From the NCBI GenBank assembly GCA_964036045.1, contig OZ038378.1, positions 166,346,001-166,410,000 of the forward strand: a DNA stretch of 64,000 nucleotides, written 5' to 3'. The DNA is from Eutreptiella sp. 'Long Island Sound 2002'. Lineage: Eukaryota > Protista > Euglenida. Shown one piece after another: positions 11,458-23,400 of the stretch (position 1 is the first letter of the stretch; every line of letters begins with the position of its first letter). Made by a program: the position numbers and the translations under genes. The notes under the pieces were generated by a model, which was given only the letters and a program-made list of their open reading frames with translations, did not search any database and was not told the origin of the DNA.

Positions 11458-12615
11458 TAAGCACATAATTTTTTATTGGTTGCTGTGTGTACAGGGTTTT
11501 CTGCCCGGGCCTACCTTCATGCCATCCAGCTTGAAGAACGCTTCGGTTTTTTTTCTATGCATAATCTGACGTGCATGACCTGAGTGCACCGTTGCGGCGT
11601 ATTGGGGGGAGGGGGGCTGCATGTTTGTTGCGAGTTGCTGGGCGTCCACGGCTTGGCGGTCCTCTGGCCTTTTGGCTGTCGAGGGCTGTAGAGAGTGGTG
11701 CTAGCTCAGCCGCAACACACTTACATGCCCCCAATTTTCTGTATTTTCTTGGGGGGGGTGTTTAGGACTCAGTTTCCACCCTCCTTGTACGCTGTTGGCA
11801 CCATAACCAGCGGGTCTCCGGATGGTACCATGGGAGTGGCTGGGTGGGGTTGGGGGGGGGGGGGGGGTTGGCGCCTCGGGAGGGCGAGCCCAGGGCGGAG
11901 AATGAACACCCAAATTCTGTTGCAGTATTCTTGTGCTCCGCCTTTGCAAACACTAGTTGAACCTCGTTTCAACTTTTGTTTGCATTTCCTCTCACTTAGG
12001 CAATTCTGTCTTTTCCCACCCACCCACCCTCGGCGGCCACACTCCTTCTCGGTTGGCTCGGCCGCCCACCCCCCCCCCCCCCCGCAGTGTGTGGGTCGTG
12101 TATGGCTGCGTCCCGGCCCTTTTGGAGACTGTGATTGTGTTGTTTGGTCGGGTCCAACATTATGACCGGTTCGCTTGCCGGCAATCTAAAGTGCTGAGCG
12201 GGAGGCTGTTTTCGCCCCCGGGTTCTTGCGTACTGTCGGTCTTGCGCTGTGAGCAGGGATTGAGTCCGCATAGCGTGCGGGCAACTACGGCTCTCTTGGA
12301 GGGCTGGATGCAGCTACTATCACCGGCGATGCCGGTCTTTGGTGACATTGTACTGCTGCCGTCCCAAATTCTGTTGCAGTATTCTTGTGCTCCGCCTTTG
12401 CAAACGGCCGCGGAAGCCACGTGCGGGATCCTGGCAGTGCAGCTGTGGAAATGTGAACTATCCATCCCAGGTTGTTTGCAACTGGAGAGGATGCAATCTA
12501 AGCCGACCCGCGGCCAACCCCATTGTCGTTGTTGATCAAGCAGGGAAGATTGTCCGTGATGCCACCCATGCACCCACCGGTGCATCTCACGGGTGCGACA
12601 CCATGACCGCCTCTA

Positions 12616-12841
12616 CGAAACGCACCACCCCCTCGCAGGCCCAGCCTGCCCCTGTGGAGGGGTACATCCCGGTGCCACCAGTGTTGGACAAGTTGTTCCC
12701 CCGCTAGAGATCGGAGTGGCTCACTCCTCGAAACGCACCACCCCCTCGCAGGCCCAGCCTGCCCCTGTGGAGGGGTACATCCCGGTGCCACCAGTGTTGG
12801 ACAAGTTGTTCCCCCGCTAGAGATCGGAGTGGCTCACTCCT
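12616..12841. repeat. Perfect 113-bp tandem duplication
   Basis: 12616-12728 = 12729-12841. Confidence 0.9.
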
Positions 12842-12957
12842 CTGGAAAATCATTGGGTAGCTACAAGCCTGAGGCCGGGAAAGGAACCCAGACGGTCCGT
12901 CTATGCGTCCGAACGGGTCCACCCTTACCGCCCCATCTAGCCCCCATCCGTCCCGTC

Positions 12958-13318
12958 GACGGATGAGCTCCTCCGTGAGCTCCGGGCCATCGTGGTCCAC
13001 AGTGTAAGGGCCCCTTGCAGGAAGCTGGATTGCAAGAAGGCTACAGCGAGAGCAGATGTGCCTCCATGGACAACTGCCGGTCGGACCTGCTATACTAGGG
13101 CCGCAGCTGTTACTCCTCACTCTGGGTTTCCCATAGCGATGGACGAGCTCCTCCGGGAGCTCTGGGCCATCCATGTGTCCACAGTGTAAGGGCCCGCTAC
13201 AAGAAACTGGGCTGCAAGAATGCTACAGCGAGAGCAGATGTGCCTCCATGGACAACAGCCGGTCGGACCTGCTGTACTAGGGCCGCACTTGTTACTCCTC
13301 ACTGCCGGGTCTCCCATG
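12958..13318. repeat. Diverged ~180-bp tandem duplication
   Basis: Two copies of GAGCTCCTCCG.GAGCTC.GGGCCATC...CTACAGCGAGAGCAGATGTGCCTCCATGGACAAC...GTTACTCCTCACT. Confidence 0.85.
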
Positions 13319-14752
13319 GTGCCTTTGCACATTGGACCGAAGGGGACTCAACTCAACTCATCGTGTCACCATTGTGCATGTACGTCACCCCAGATGATTA
13401 GGATGACACTTGACCGCTCTATGACCTGGCCACTCGCAGAAAGCCCACCAGAAAATTCCCCAACCTAACCACAGCCACTGTGCCTGCCCTCACGACTCTC
13501 AGTTCACCGACTCCCCATGACACCTCAATGACACACACATGCGGCGCGACACACGTGCACTCACGCTACACCCGCAATTTGCCGCCACACCGCCACGCCA
13601 TGGTATGACAAAGCCACAGGACTTATCCACATGCACACAAGACCCACACATGATGTCCCCTACGCGTCCTACATGCTCTTATCCTATGCTGGGCTTTACC
13701 CTCACACAAGACTTGAGCTCGCTGTGTTGAGCTGCAATGGAACTTTACATGCATGATCCTGATCCAATCCACACACCACATAGGTTAATCATTTGGATTG
13801 GCCCACAGATGTTGCCCCTGTGTGTGGTGCACGCACTTGTCCTGTGTTTTGCCTGTACACGGGACCGGGCTGCAATGTATATGCACTTAGAGTCGCATGT
13901 TGTTGGCACAATACACACATCACTCACTATGAACGAATGCCTTCTAGGCGTGGCAGATCGTCTGCACTAGTGCATGAAGGAATCACACATGTTATGTCAG
14001 CATGATGCATGGATCTGTGGTCAACTCAGTTTCTTAGTGCGTCTCGGCTGTACATAAATGGACCTTCGGCTTTCCGGGTTCTCCCGAGCACACTCAATGA
14101 CAACTTGAGCATCAGGAACTCAAACAAAATGCATCCGCATGCACACACCTGCGTCAGCTAACCCTCACTCTACCCAATGCCCAACTCTCTCTTCCATCGT
14201 GTGTCATGCCCTCCGACACTTCTTACACGCCTCCCTTGTAGGTGCCATCATGAGGACCAATTTCAAAATCGAAGAACTGTCCATGAGTGCGTGAAGGGCC
14301 TCTTGCATCCGAAATCATTACATCTGTTGTGGTCCCCAGCATAAGATCACAACTCCACACAATATTTCCCAAGGTTATCCATTGCCACGGTAACTTTATA
14401 CACATGAGATGCATACTTGGGATCAAATAACACACCTGCAAGAGTGCCACCCACTATGCATATGGGCATGCTATCAATATAGTGGGTAACAAAGTAAGGG
14501 AAATGGGTATCGTGGTACACCACGTGATATACCAGGAGCGGCTGCATGAGGCGGACCTATCATATCATATCCTGGGTCTAAGACACGCACTTATCCAAAA
14601 AGGCTTGCAACGGCGCGAAGAAGCACCACACAACACAGCCTGCTCACCGCCACAAGCCAAACGGACATGTACGACTAGGAGGATAACAGGGCGAATCAGA
14701 GCATCAATGGACTCACCCATGCACATCCCCGTAGCAAAGAAAACTTGTCATA

Positions 14753-15247
14753 GAGGGTGCCTCGCGCGCGGTGCGCGCGGTGCGACTGTAGCCCGGTTGA
14801 CTTAGAACGGCGGTACCATAGAATGTTGCCAAAAAGCGGTCATAGGGGCCTTAGTATCACAACTAGGTGGCCAATTGTTGTGTTTGGGTGGAAATAGCAA
14901 TGTCCAGGTGTAGAAGTGGGCAGCAGGGCACCTTGTGCATTAGAAAATATCGGTGTGGTTATGTTTTGTGTTAAAACAAAGCATTGGGAAACAAACATTG
15001 CAGTGGAAACCAAACATTTTGAGACCGTTTCAAAACAAAGCATTGCGAAACAAACATTGCAGTGGAAACCAAACATTTTGAAACCGCTTGAAAACAAAGC
15101 ATTGGGAACCAAACATTGCAGTGGGAACCAAACATTTTACTGTAGCATTTCACAAAACACCTGTCTGAAAAAGGTGTGCATTTCACCGGTAAGTGACGCG
15201 TCTGCCTCAGCGCGCGGTGCGCGCGCGCGGTGCGCTGAGGCACCCTC
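14753..15247. mobile_element. Harbinger-like MITE with internal ~55-bp tandem repeats
   Basis: Perfect 11-bp TIR GAGGGTGCCTC/GAGGCACCCTC; TSD ATA (14750-14752, 15248-15250); 3 repeats of AAAACAAAGCATTG...AAACATTGCAGTGG.AACCAAACATTTT at ~14973-15138. Confidence 0.8.
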
Positions 15248-15748
15248 ATAGGTGAGAAGACGAGGGCCAATCAGAGTCGTAGCGACCCCAGGTCGCCCTG
15301 CAAGTATACTCAAGGTAGGAATATAAGTTGCTCCTTCTTTGTCAACCTTGACCCCTGTCCTTGACAGGGGAATAAGCTATGGTATGTTCAGAGAGTGTAC
15401 TTAGATCTCGAGGTTGACTCGTACTGCTACAGGACTATTGCAGAACTATGGGTATTGTGGTTCGGGGACAATCTATTGGACCACCAAATTTCATCAACCA
15501 CGGCATTCAAGTATTCACGAACACACGTGACATTGCACCGATAAACATCATCAAAACTATCGGAGTGGCCCATATATGCGGAGTTATCAGGTTCCATGTA
15601 CTGAGACCACCGGAGCAGAGCTCAAGCCGGACTTGGGCTCCCCGAAGGTACCACCTCGGCATTTGCCCCCGGAAGCGATCTACGTAGATGCTCCGGCTTC
15701 CCTCGTCTCCCTCAGGTAGAATTAGTGTTGGGGGATTGAAAAGAGGCC

Positions 15749-15855
15749 GGTCCATATCTCCAATTGGAAAGGGGCCAGTCCATATCCCCAACCGGAAAGG
15801 GGCCAATTTATCCCCCCAACTGAAAAGGGGCTAGTCCATATCGCCAACCGGCAAG
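15749..15855. repeat. ~28-bp minisatellite, 4 copies
   Basis: TCCATATCCCCAACCGGAAAGGGGCC-like units. Confidence 0.7.
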
Positions 15856-15982
15856 GTACAGCCTCTACGACCACAAAGAATGTAGTGGTGTTGCTTGTAG
15901 ATGTTCTTTTTGAAACAAAACTACTGCAAATTTTCAGTGGCCTCTCAAAATGTTCAAGTTCACGAAAGACAAAAGCAATAGT

Positions 15983-16268
15983 GGGGGAATGCCGTGCACG
16001 CAGTGCGCATGCGGTGCGAAGTTTTCGATGTCGGCAAATACTCGCACCCTAGCTACCTTTTGGTGGTAAAACATTGATCGTGTGCCCTTGGTTTCCTATA
16101 AAGGAAAAGTGCTTCCATAAATGGTCAAATATTTTTGGATTGTTCATTTTTCTGGAATGGATTCCGAGGAAATAATACGGTCACCACCAATGGTATTACT
16201 TGGGTGAGTATCCCAGCCTCTGCGTGCGCAGTATGCCCACAGTGCGCACACAGTGCAAGAACTTCTCC
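15983..16268. mobile_element. Degenerate Harbinger-like MITE
   Basis: GGGGGAATGCCGTGCAC...GTGCAAGAACTTCTCC ends, with the same GCAGTGCGCA-type subterminal motif as the 8121 and 14753 elements. Confidence 0.4.
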
Positions 16269-16395
16269 TAGGATACTACAATGAAGATCAACTAACTTAG
16301 TTTGAATACATCCACCACGTGTACGGGGCCTGCGAATCAGCCAAGGAGAGGTTGCTTTTGATGGAACGGCACTGAAGGTTTTAAGGGCCTCTCAA

Positions 16396-17108
16396 TTGTG
16401 GCCGCAAGAGTGTGTGGATTACCAAGTGCAATTGTGGGAGGAATACCACACACAACACCGGGTACTTAGACATAGCCATAACGCAGTTTGCCGCCTACGC
16501 GGGATAGCCGAGCAATGGAGGAGTGCAGTGACAGCAGTTTGGATAGAAGCCGCACTGTGGGTGGGGGCATGGAGGCGTGCGTGGACTAGGAATGCACTGA
16601 AGCAAACAAGTGGATGAAGGACACCATTAGGTACCACGAAGCTCAAAAGGAGGATCTCTGGGCTAGGGTCAGGAAGAACATCCATACTGTTGTTCCATAT
16701 CTTGGTCGCAAGACTTTGAGTGACGACCAACAAGAATCTAATGGTGTGCATGGTCTCTATCGCGCAAGGATGGAACACCTCTTTGCACGCCTTTGGCATT
16801 GGAAGATCGTCCGCAATGTGTGGATGGGTTCTACCAGAGATTTGCACCATCATGTCCATATTTTGCTGCACTTGACGCGGTTTTGTATGAGGAGACAAAC
16901 TAGGTATCAGCCCTATGGACCTTGGCCTACTGTGCTTGAGTCCATGTGGGCACAACGGGATGCCTCTAAAGATGTTGAGGAAAATGATGATGGTGTTGGT
17001 TGTCAATTCTGTGCTCACCATCATGCAGATATGTGTGAGTGTGGCATGTGTCATTTGAACATCTGCCCCTCTTGTATGCCTTTGCACAGTTGCGGTTTGG
17101 ATTTGTAA
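16396..17108 (+). pseudogene. Frameshifted retroelement-like ORF remnant ending in a B-box-like zinc finger
   Basis: AWRR / KEDLW / RQTRYQPY motifs are colinear with ORF 6242-6844; CQFCAHHHADMCECGMCHLNICPSCMPLHSC at 17001-17093; 55-bp tandem duplication at 17058-17171. Confidence 0.45.
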
Positions 17109-17687
17109 TTGTAACATGTGCCCCTCTTGTATGCCTTTGCATAGTTGCGGTTTGGATTTGTAATTGTAACAATAGAGGATTTTGAATCTGTCAGAATCAG
17201 ATTGTTCTGTGGTGTTGCTGCACCTTGATGTTTCCTCCTTCTCCTTTGGGTGTTCTTTGATACATGTGGCCGCAGTGCGCCCGCAGTGCAAAGTCGTGGC
17301 CATATTGTAGGGATACGTGCATATCAATCCGATTGTTTGACAAAAGATGCAGCACAAACGTGGAGTGGTGGAGCCAGGGGCTGAATGGGTCATGGTACCT
17401 CGGCACCCCAACCGCAAAGGGGACACATGCTGGGGCTGTGTTTGCAACTGAATACACATTCTGGATTAATGGTGACGGTGGAGACATCCCTCCAGACGAT
17501 CAGACATTGGGGTAACGGTCAACCATGCCCACCGCTTCTGCCACCCCCGACGGCCCTCCAGCCGTTTTGTACCCACCAGAAACCGCCTGCCAGCCGCTCT
17601 TTCAACCGCCAGTGACCGCTTCTGCAACCGCTCTTGCAACCCTCCTTTAGGCCCCCTCCCCCTCAAAAGCACCCCTGGTTCTGTTGC

Positions 17688-17714
17688 CCCTCTTCAGTGT
17701 TTCTTCGCTGCCAG
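17688..17714 (+). promoter_or_regulatory. Probable trans-splice (or 5'UTR intron) acceptor of the Kelch gene
   Basis: Pyrimidine tract plus CCAG (AG at 17713-17714), 46 nt upstream of ATG 17761. Confidence 0.5.
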
Positions 17715-17760
17715 GTGCTGAAGTGTGGCAATGTGAAGGGCCCCCAAAGGAGGCACCAAA

Positions 17761-18247
17761 ATGAGGGTTTGGCTGCTCGTTCTGTGGCTGGTCTGCAGCA
17801 CAACGCTCACGTCCACACAGACATTGACGCCAGGTTCCATCGACCCCACCGTCGTGCCCATCACAAACACATGGACTTTCGTCAGTGGTGCCCCCTATCT
17901 GATGCAGCATTCGCTGGTACACCTCGACTCCAAGCTGGTCGCATTCGGCGGGTGGACGGCCGCCACTGCCATCGGGACCCACAGCATTAGCGACGACATG
18001 TACATTTATGACATTTGGGGCAACGAGTGGACTAAGTTCGACTATGACCCAGGGAACTCAACCGCTCCGACGAGTCCCATGGGCCGCTACAGCCACACGG
18101 CAGTGGCGTACAATGGGAGCATGTATCTGTTCGGCGGAGAGAACAACGACCAGGTGTACAATGACATGTGGGTGTACAATTACAGCATCGGCGAGTGGTA
18201 TCAAGTGGACTCCTCGGGATGGCAAGAGAACACTTATCCGGACCCAG
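17761..18247 (+). CDS. Exon 1: signal peptide + Kelch repeats
   Basis: [12 protein letters not shown]...; [32 protein letters not shown]...W; donor CCAG|GTTTGT. Confidence 0.9.
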
Positions 18248-20093
18248 GTTTGTGATGGTGCAGGGCAGGGGGGAAGCTCATTTGCCGGGGCCGGATTATG
18301 GAGACACTCCCATATTGGCAGCCTCATCCGGCTATACGTCCCCATGCTCCTGGAAATCCAGGGAGACTGCTTGGCATCCTCCCTGCGTTTGTCATCCCCC
18401 CCTCCAATGTGGTCCCCTGGGGGGCGTCATCTCAGTGCCAAACATTGGTAACAGGGCAAGCCTTGCAGGCGTATTGTGCCTTACGCTGTGCCTCATTTTC
18501 CATGCATATCAAGCCGGGTGTACGGTGGCGGTACCACACCCCAGGGGAGGCAGGGTGTCCGTCACCTGGCAACTATTCCGTCGGGGAGGGGCGGCCGTCG
18601 CACACCAGCGGGGGGCGGTGACAGTGCGAGGGAAGGGGGGGTGGGGGTGCAGATCTACATGTGTGTGTGACACGGCGCGGCAGCCGGCTGTCTTGTTTGT
18701 TCATTGCCGGCGTTTGCGGCCACGACTCTGGTTCTCTGTTTGTCTGCAGCGTGTCCCAGTATTGCACGTATGACGCTGATGATGTTGCCTCCCTTCTCAC
18801 GCAAAACAAGGTGAATTTCCATTACGTCTCACAGACCTTTTTTTTGCGAAAGGCGCCTCGGGCGGTTTTTCGGCTCTTGACAAGCTTTCCTTTCCCTCTT
18901 GTGAACTGTCTCGCCAACCAACACCACACACGTGACAGCTCACACGTGACCATACGGGGGTCACAATGCTCTGGGTCCTGGATTCCACCGAATCTTTTTC
19001 TTGTGTGTACACTATCTGACACCTTGGAAGACCCGGACCGCCCCTTCCCTCGGCCTGGTTGACGCTTTGGTGGCACCATAAGACCACAGATCTGTGGCCA
19101 CCATGGTCGCCATGACCTCTGCCTGGCAGATTGGTTGCTCCCCTGGTGCCCAGAGGGAGACCAGGAAGGGGTCGTTGACGATACCCTCCTCTACCAATGG
19201 GACTGGGTTGCCAGATGGGGCATGGTCTTTGCCTTGCGCTGGGGTGAGCAGAGTGGCCCCCTGTTTGCCACCAAAGGGCTCTGGACGTCATGCATGGCTC
19301 CCACGCCATGGGTCAGAACCGCGACAGCCAGAGTGGTGAGACTACGGTTTAGCCCCTTGTGGAGCTTTGCAACCCCTGCAAGTGCTTTGAATTTGTACTC
19401 GCCGACATTTTCTTGGCATATTCCTTGTGGACGAGAAGTCCACATTGCCTCTTCATTTCCAAAACGCGAGCCTTTCCTGCCAGGTAGTGCACACTGCATC
19501 GATTCTTTCGCCTTTCTGCTTCCAATTCCGCAGCCCAAAGCCCACCCTCCTCATCTGAAAGTGTGCCCATCCCATCCGCAGTGCGAGGGCATTGCTCAAT
19601 CGTCATCGGCAACGAGATGTACGTCTTTGGCGGCATCGAGAGCCCCACCGCCACGTCGAGCGTCTACGGCGACAAGGTGTACGTCTACTCTTTTGTCACC
19701 AACACGTGGTCCGCCATCAACCCCACAGTACGGCCGCCGGCGCGGGCGTACCACAGCTGCGTGTCATACACCAACAGCAGCAAAATCGTGCCGGGCTACT
19801 ACGACTCCATCTGCGTCGCGCAACCATGTCTCTGGGTGTATGGGGGAGAGGCCCAGGGAGGCATCCTCAGTCTGGAGGATGTATGGCTCTATCCCCTCGA
19901 GACTCAGAGCTGGGTCTCCGTGGCCTACCTGAACGAGCAGCGGATGTTGACCACCCTGAATGGCGCCTTCGACCGATCGGCCAGCGCCACGTTGGTGTCC
20001 GGTCTGTGACTGGGTGTCCTAGGGCTGCGTGTGCGTGCTTGCGTGTGTGCGTGCGTGCGTATGTGTGTGCAGGCGCGCGCGTGCGTGTGTGTG

Positions 20094-20132
<39 letters not shown>

Positions 20133-20359
20133 GTGTGTGCGTGTGCGTGTGCGTGTGCGTGCGTGCGTGCGCGCGCGCGTGTGTGTGTCTGCCGGTCACT
20201 TGGAGCACTGCTTACCTGCTACCAACAGAAAGGCGCCTGGTGGTCACGTGGTCTTTTGTTGACTGTCTGACGGCCTGACGAGAATCAAGCACTCAGCGCT
20301 TTTCTCGTGCCTGTTTGTCGCATATCACGTGTGTGTGTGTGTGTGTGTGCGTGTGCATG

Positions 20360-20426
<67 letters not shown>

Positions 20427-23400
20427 CGGGGTGGATGCACCCAGTATTTTTCTAACAAGGGGAGGGGGGTATTCATAAAGGGCAAAGGGGGACATGTTTC
20501 CAAAAATTGCGAACGCCTACTGTTGTTCTGACAAAGGCATTGTTCTTGCAAGCGGGGGTGACAATCAGTGCAGTACATGCACAGCCTTGTGTGTGTTGTT
20601 GGGCAGGAAAATAGTGTGTTGCTACATCGGGGTAGCCCAGTTACCTGAAACCTTGGCGTGCAGGGCCACAGGCATCTGTAATGTAAGTGCACTAGAAAAT
20701 GCACAACGACGTGGATTGGGAGGCATCCAATATATGAAGACCCACACTCACCCAAAAGCAAGTCAAGCCGCAAACATTGCAACGCATCAAGACTGCCATA
20801 TACTGCCTGGGCACTATATAAACTGGTCAGCCCCATGATGAACAGTCGCCATGAGGATAGGATCGCTCATCACTTGGATCATCTTGAACAGGAACCCAAG
20901 ACCAATAGTCACGCAAATCGCCGGGGACAGAGGAGAGCATCTGGGATTTGGGAAGTGCACAGACATGGTTACACACCCCCCCCCCCCACCGTATGGGAAT
21001 CCCGTATTCCCCTTACAGCCCCGAACAGTGGCCCGTACAGTGGGTTCTCAGAACCATACCACAGAAATAGACAATATTAGGCACCCATTTGTCTCTTTTT
21101 CCTGCCCTCCCCTATGCTCCTGACCAGACTATGCCTTGTAATGTATGCCACTCCAAGAATGCTGAAACTGTTGCTTTTTTGTCTTTGGCCGAGTTGGATC
21201 GTTGTACCCTTCGACAGAAGCATTCTGATTGTGCTGAAGATTGGGTTATTTGTGAACTGTGTGTCCGCCAAGCCCAGCCAAATCCTTTTTTTGGATCAAC
21301 GCAAAGTATGGGAAGTATTGGTTGTGCAACAACAATGGAGTTCTGACTTGCGGGCAATCACTGCTTTAACTTTGCCAGTGACCACCACTGTTGCAGAGGG
21401 GTCATGCTGAGAAAAAACACCAGAAAAAGTGCCAGAAAGGGCGCCAGAAGCAGGATTTGAACCAACGACTTTTGAGTTGCATGTGTATATGTACCAACTA
21501 GGGTATGACATGTTTCTGCTGACACCATGCTAATTGGTGGTATAGATTGTGAACATATTTTGGGGTTTGGGGTCACTACGCAATGCCCTGCTGAGGGTTT
21601 TCTTACCAAAAATGGTCCGCCCCGCACAGTGGCCCGTACAGTGGAAAAATTTTGCCCCGAACAGGGGGGGGGGGGGAGGTTACATTCGCCCACTGGGCAT
21701 GCAGGGCATGCAGTGATATATTCTGAATGGGTCGAAAAAGAGTATGTGGTCTGTGGCACCATACCAACTGCCTGTACCAGAGGCATGTGCCTGAGACTGC
21801 ATGCCAAACCCGCTTTTGGAGATGCAAGGGGACTACTGATAATGAAACTGATTCCTGCATTTCTGTACTGTACTGCAGACCCAAGCCTCTCCCGAACAAA
21901 ATGAACCGAAAGCATCATTTCTAACCCGTTATCATACATGTCATCTGGGCTGCATGACTGTGAAGCTGAAAACTTAAACTGCGTAGGAGGCTGTCGAAGG
22001 GCATCAACATCTCTCCAGGGACGTCTTCACAAAACCTCGTGGTGGAGTGCACCAGCCACGCAATACCCACACGCACGCACACATGTTGAGAACCGCAAGA
22101 CGAGAACAAAGCCACCCAACACACTAGAATTTTAGGCTGTGGTGTACATAAAATATGAGCTCCTCAGGGGGCTTATTTGAGGTGTGGGGAGGGCAGGGTT
22201 CATTTGCTTCATACAGCACGAAACATGTCTCCATGTGCACTGCTTCTTCATCAGACCGAACGACGTCTAGGACAGCTCTGTTGTCTTCAACTACTTTTTC
22301 TTAGTTGTGTTTTCTAGAGTTATGCCCCTTTTTGGCATTTTAATTGTGAGCAGCATCTGAATTGCAGGAGGTTCTTTGAGGACATTTTAGACAATGTGGA
22401 CGTTTGTGGCCCACACTCTAGTAGGGCAAGGGCAAGCAGATTTGAATTGAGTGCACAAGTTGTTGACACAGTGTGCCATGCCATGTGATTGAAGCACAAG
22501 GTAGCTGTGTTTGATAAATTTTTGCCCCTTTGGGGCATTTTGATTGTGAGCAGCATCTAGATCGCAGGAGGTTCCTGGAGGATAGTTCAAACAACGTGGA
22601 TTTTTGTGGTTCACACCACAATAGGACCAGGGCTGCAGGGCTTGGCCAAGCAGATTTCAATTGGGTGCACCAGTTGTTGACATAGGAAAGGGGGGCTATA
22701 TGGGTCAAATTTTGAAAAATTCATTGGGGGATCATTTTGTCGCCCAAGATGATGGTTTTACAAGGGGTAAGACATCCGGTATCATACATTGGGTTATGCT
22801 ACACGGATGACCCCAAACTAGGAGGGTATAAGACGCCAATGCGTGCGCTTGATCTAACAACCTCTTTTCGAGGTGAGTTGATGGAAACAAGGGTACCACT
22901 TTGGGGGGGGGTCGGGGGGGGATCAAAATTTCTTTGCGCATGGTGGCCGCTGTGTGTTGAATTTGACCCAGGTCATGCGCAATTTTTGTCTTGTTCATGG
23001 ACCCCTAACCAATGGTGGGGTCTTGGGTCCGAACACCGGGTACCCCAAGGTGCCCTCCCCTCACCAGTGAGGATGTTTTCAGGTTGGCATGCGGCGGCTG
23101 AAAATCACCTCACAGAGGTTGTTAGATCAAAACCACGCAACCGTATGTATGGGAAAGTGCCACATACCCCACCTTTGCATACCCTATCCCCGGGGGTTGA
23201 ATTGTTGGTGTGACCCCTTGCAAAAGCATCATTCTGTCCAAAAAACACACCCCCCAATGAGTTTTTGGTGGGGACCCCCCTAAGGGGGGCGCCTTAAGTG
23301 CAGTGTGCACACAGTGCAACTATTTGGGCGTATGGCCGTAGTACAAACCCATACTTTGTGATACTAGGGGCATCATTATTGTTTGATAACATGCATTTTG

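Larger units (their letters stand above)
11952..14125 (+). mobile_element. Internally deleted LINE-like element with a RanBP2-type zinc finger in a gag/ORF1-like remnant
   Basis: Starts at the hairpin leader; RAGSWQCSCGNVNYPSQVVCNWRGCNLSRP at 12420-12509; internal duplications; A-rich end at ~14121-14129. Confidence 0.5.
389..14144 (+). mobile_element. Putative 13.7-kb composite retro-insertion bounded by a 19-bp direct repeat
   Basis: AAAATGCATCCGCATGCAC at 389-407 (overlapping the first 2 nt of the SL) and again at 14126-14144 (after ...GGAACTCAAAC). Confidence 0.6.
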
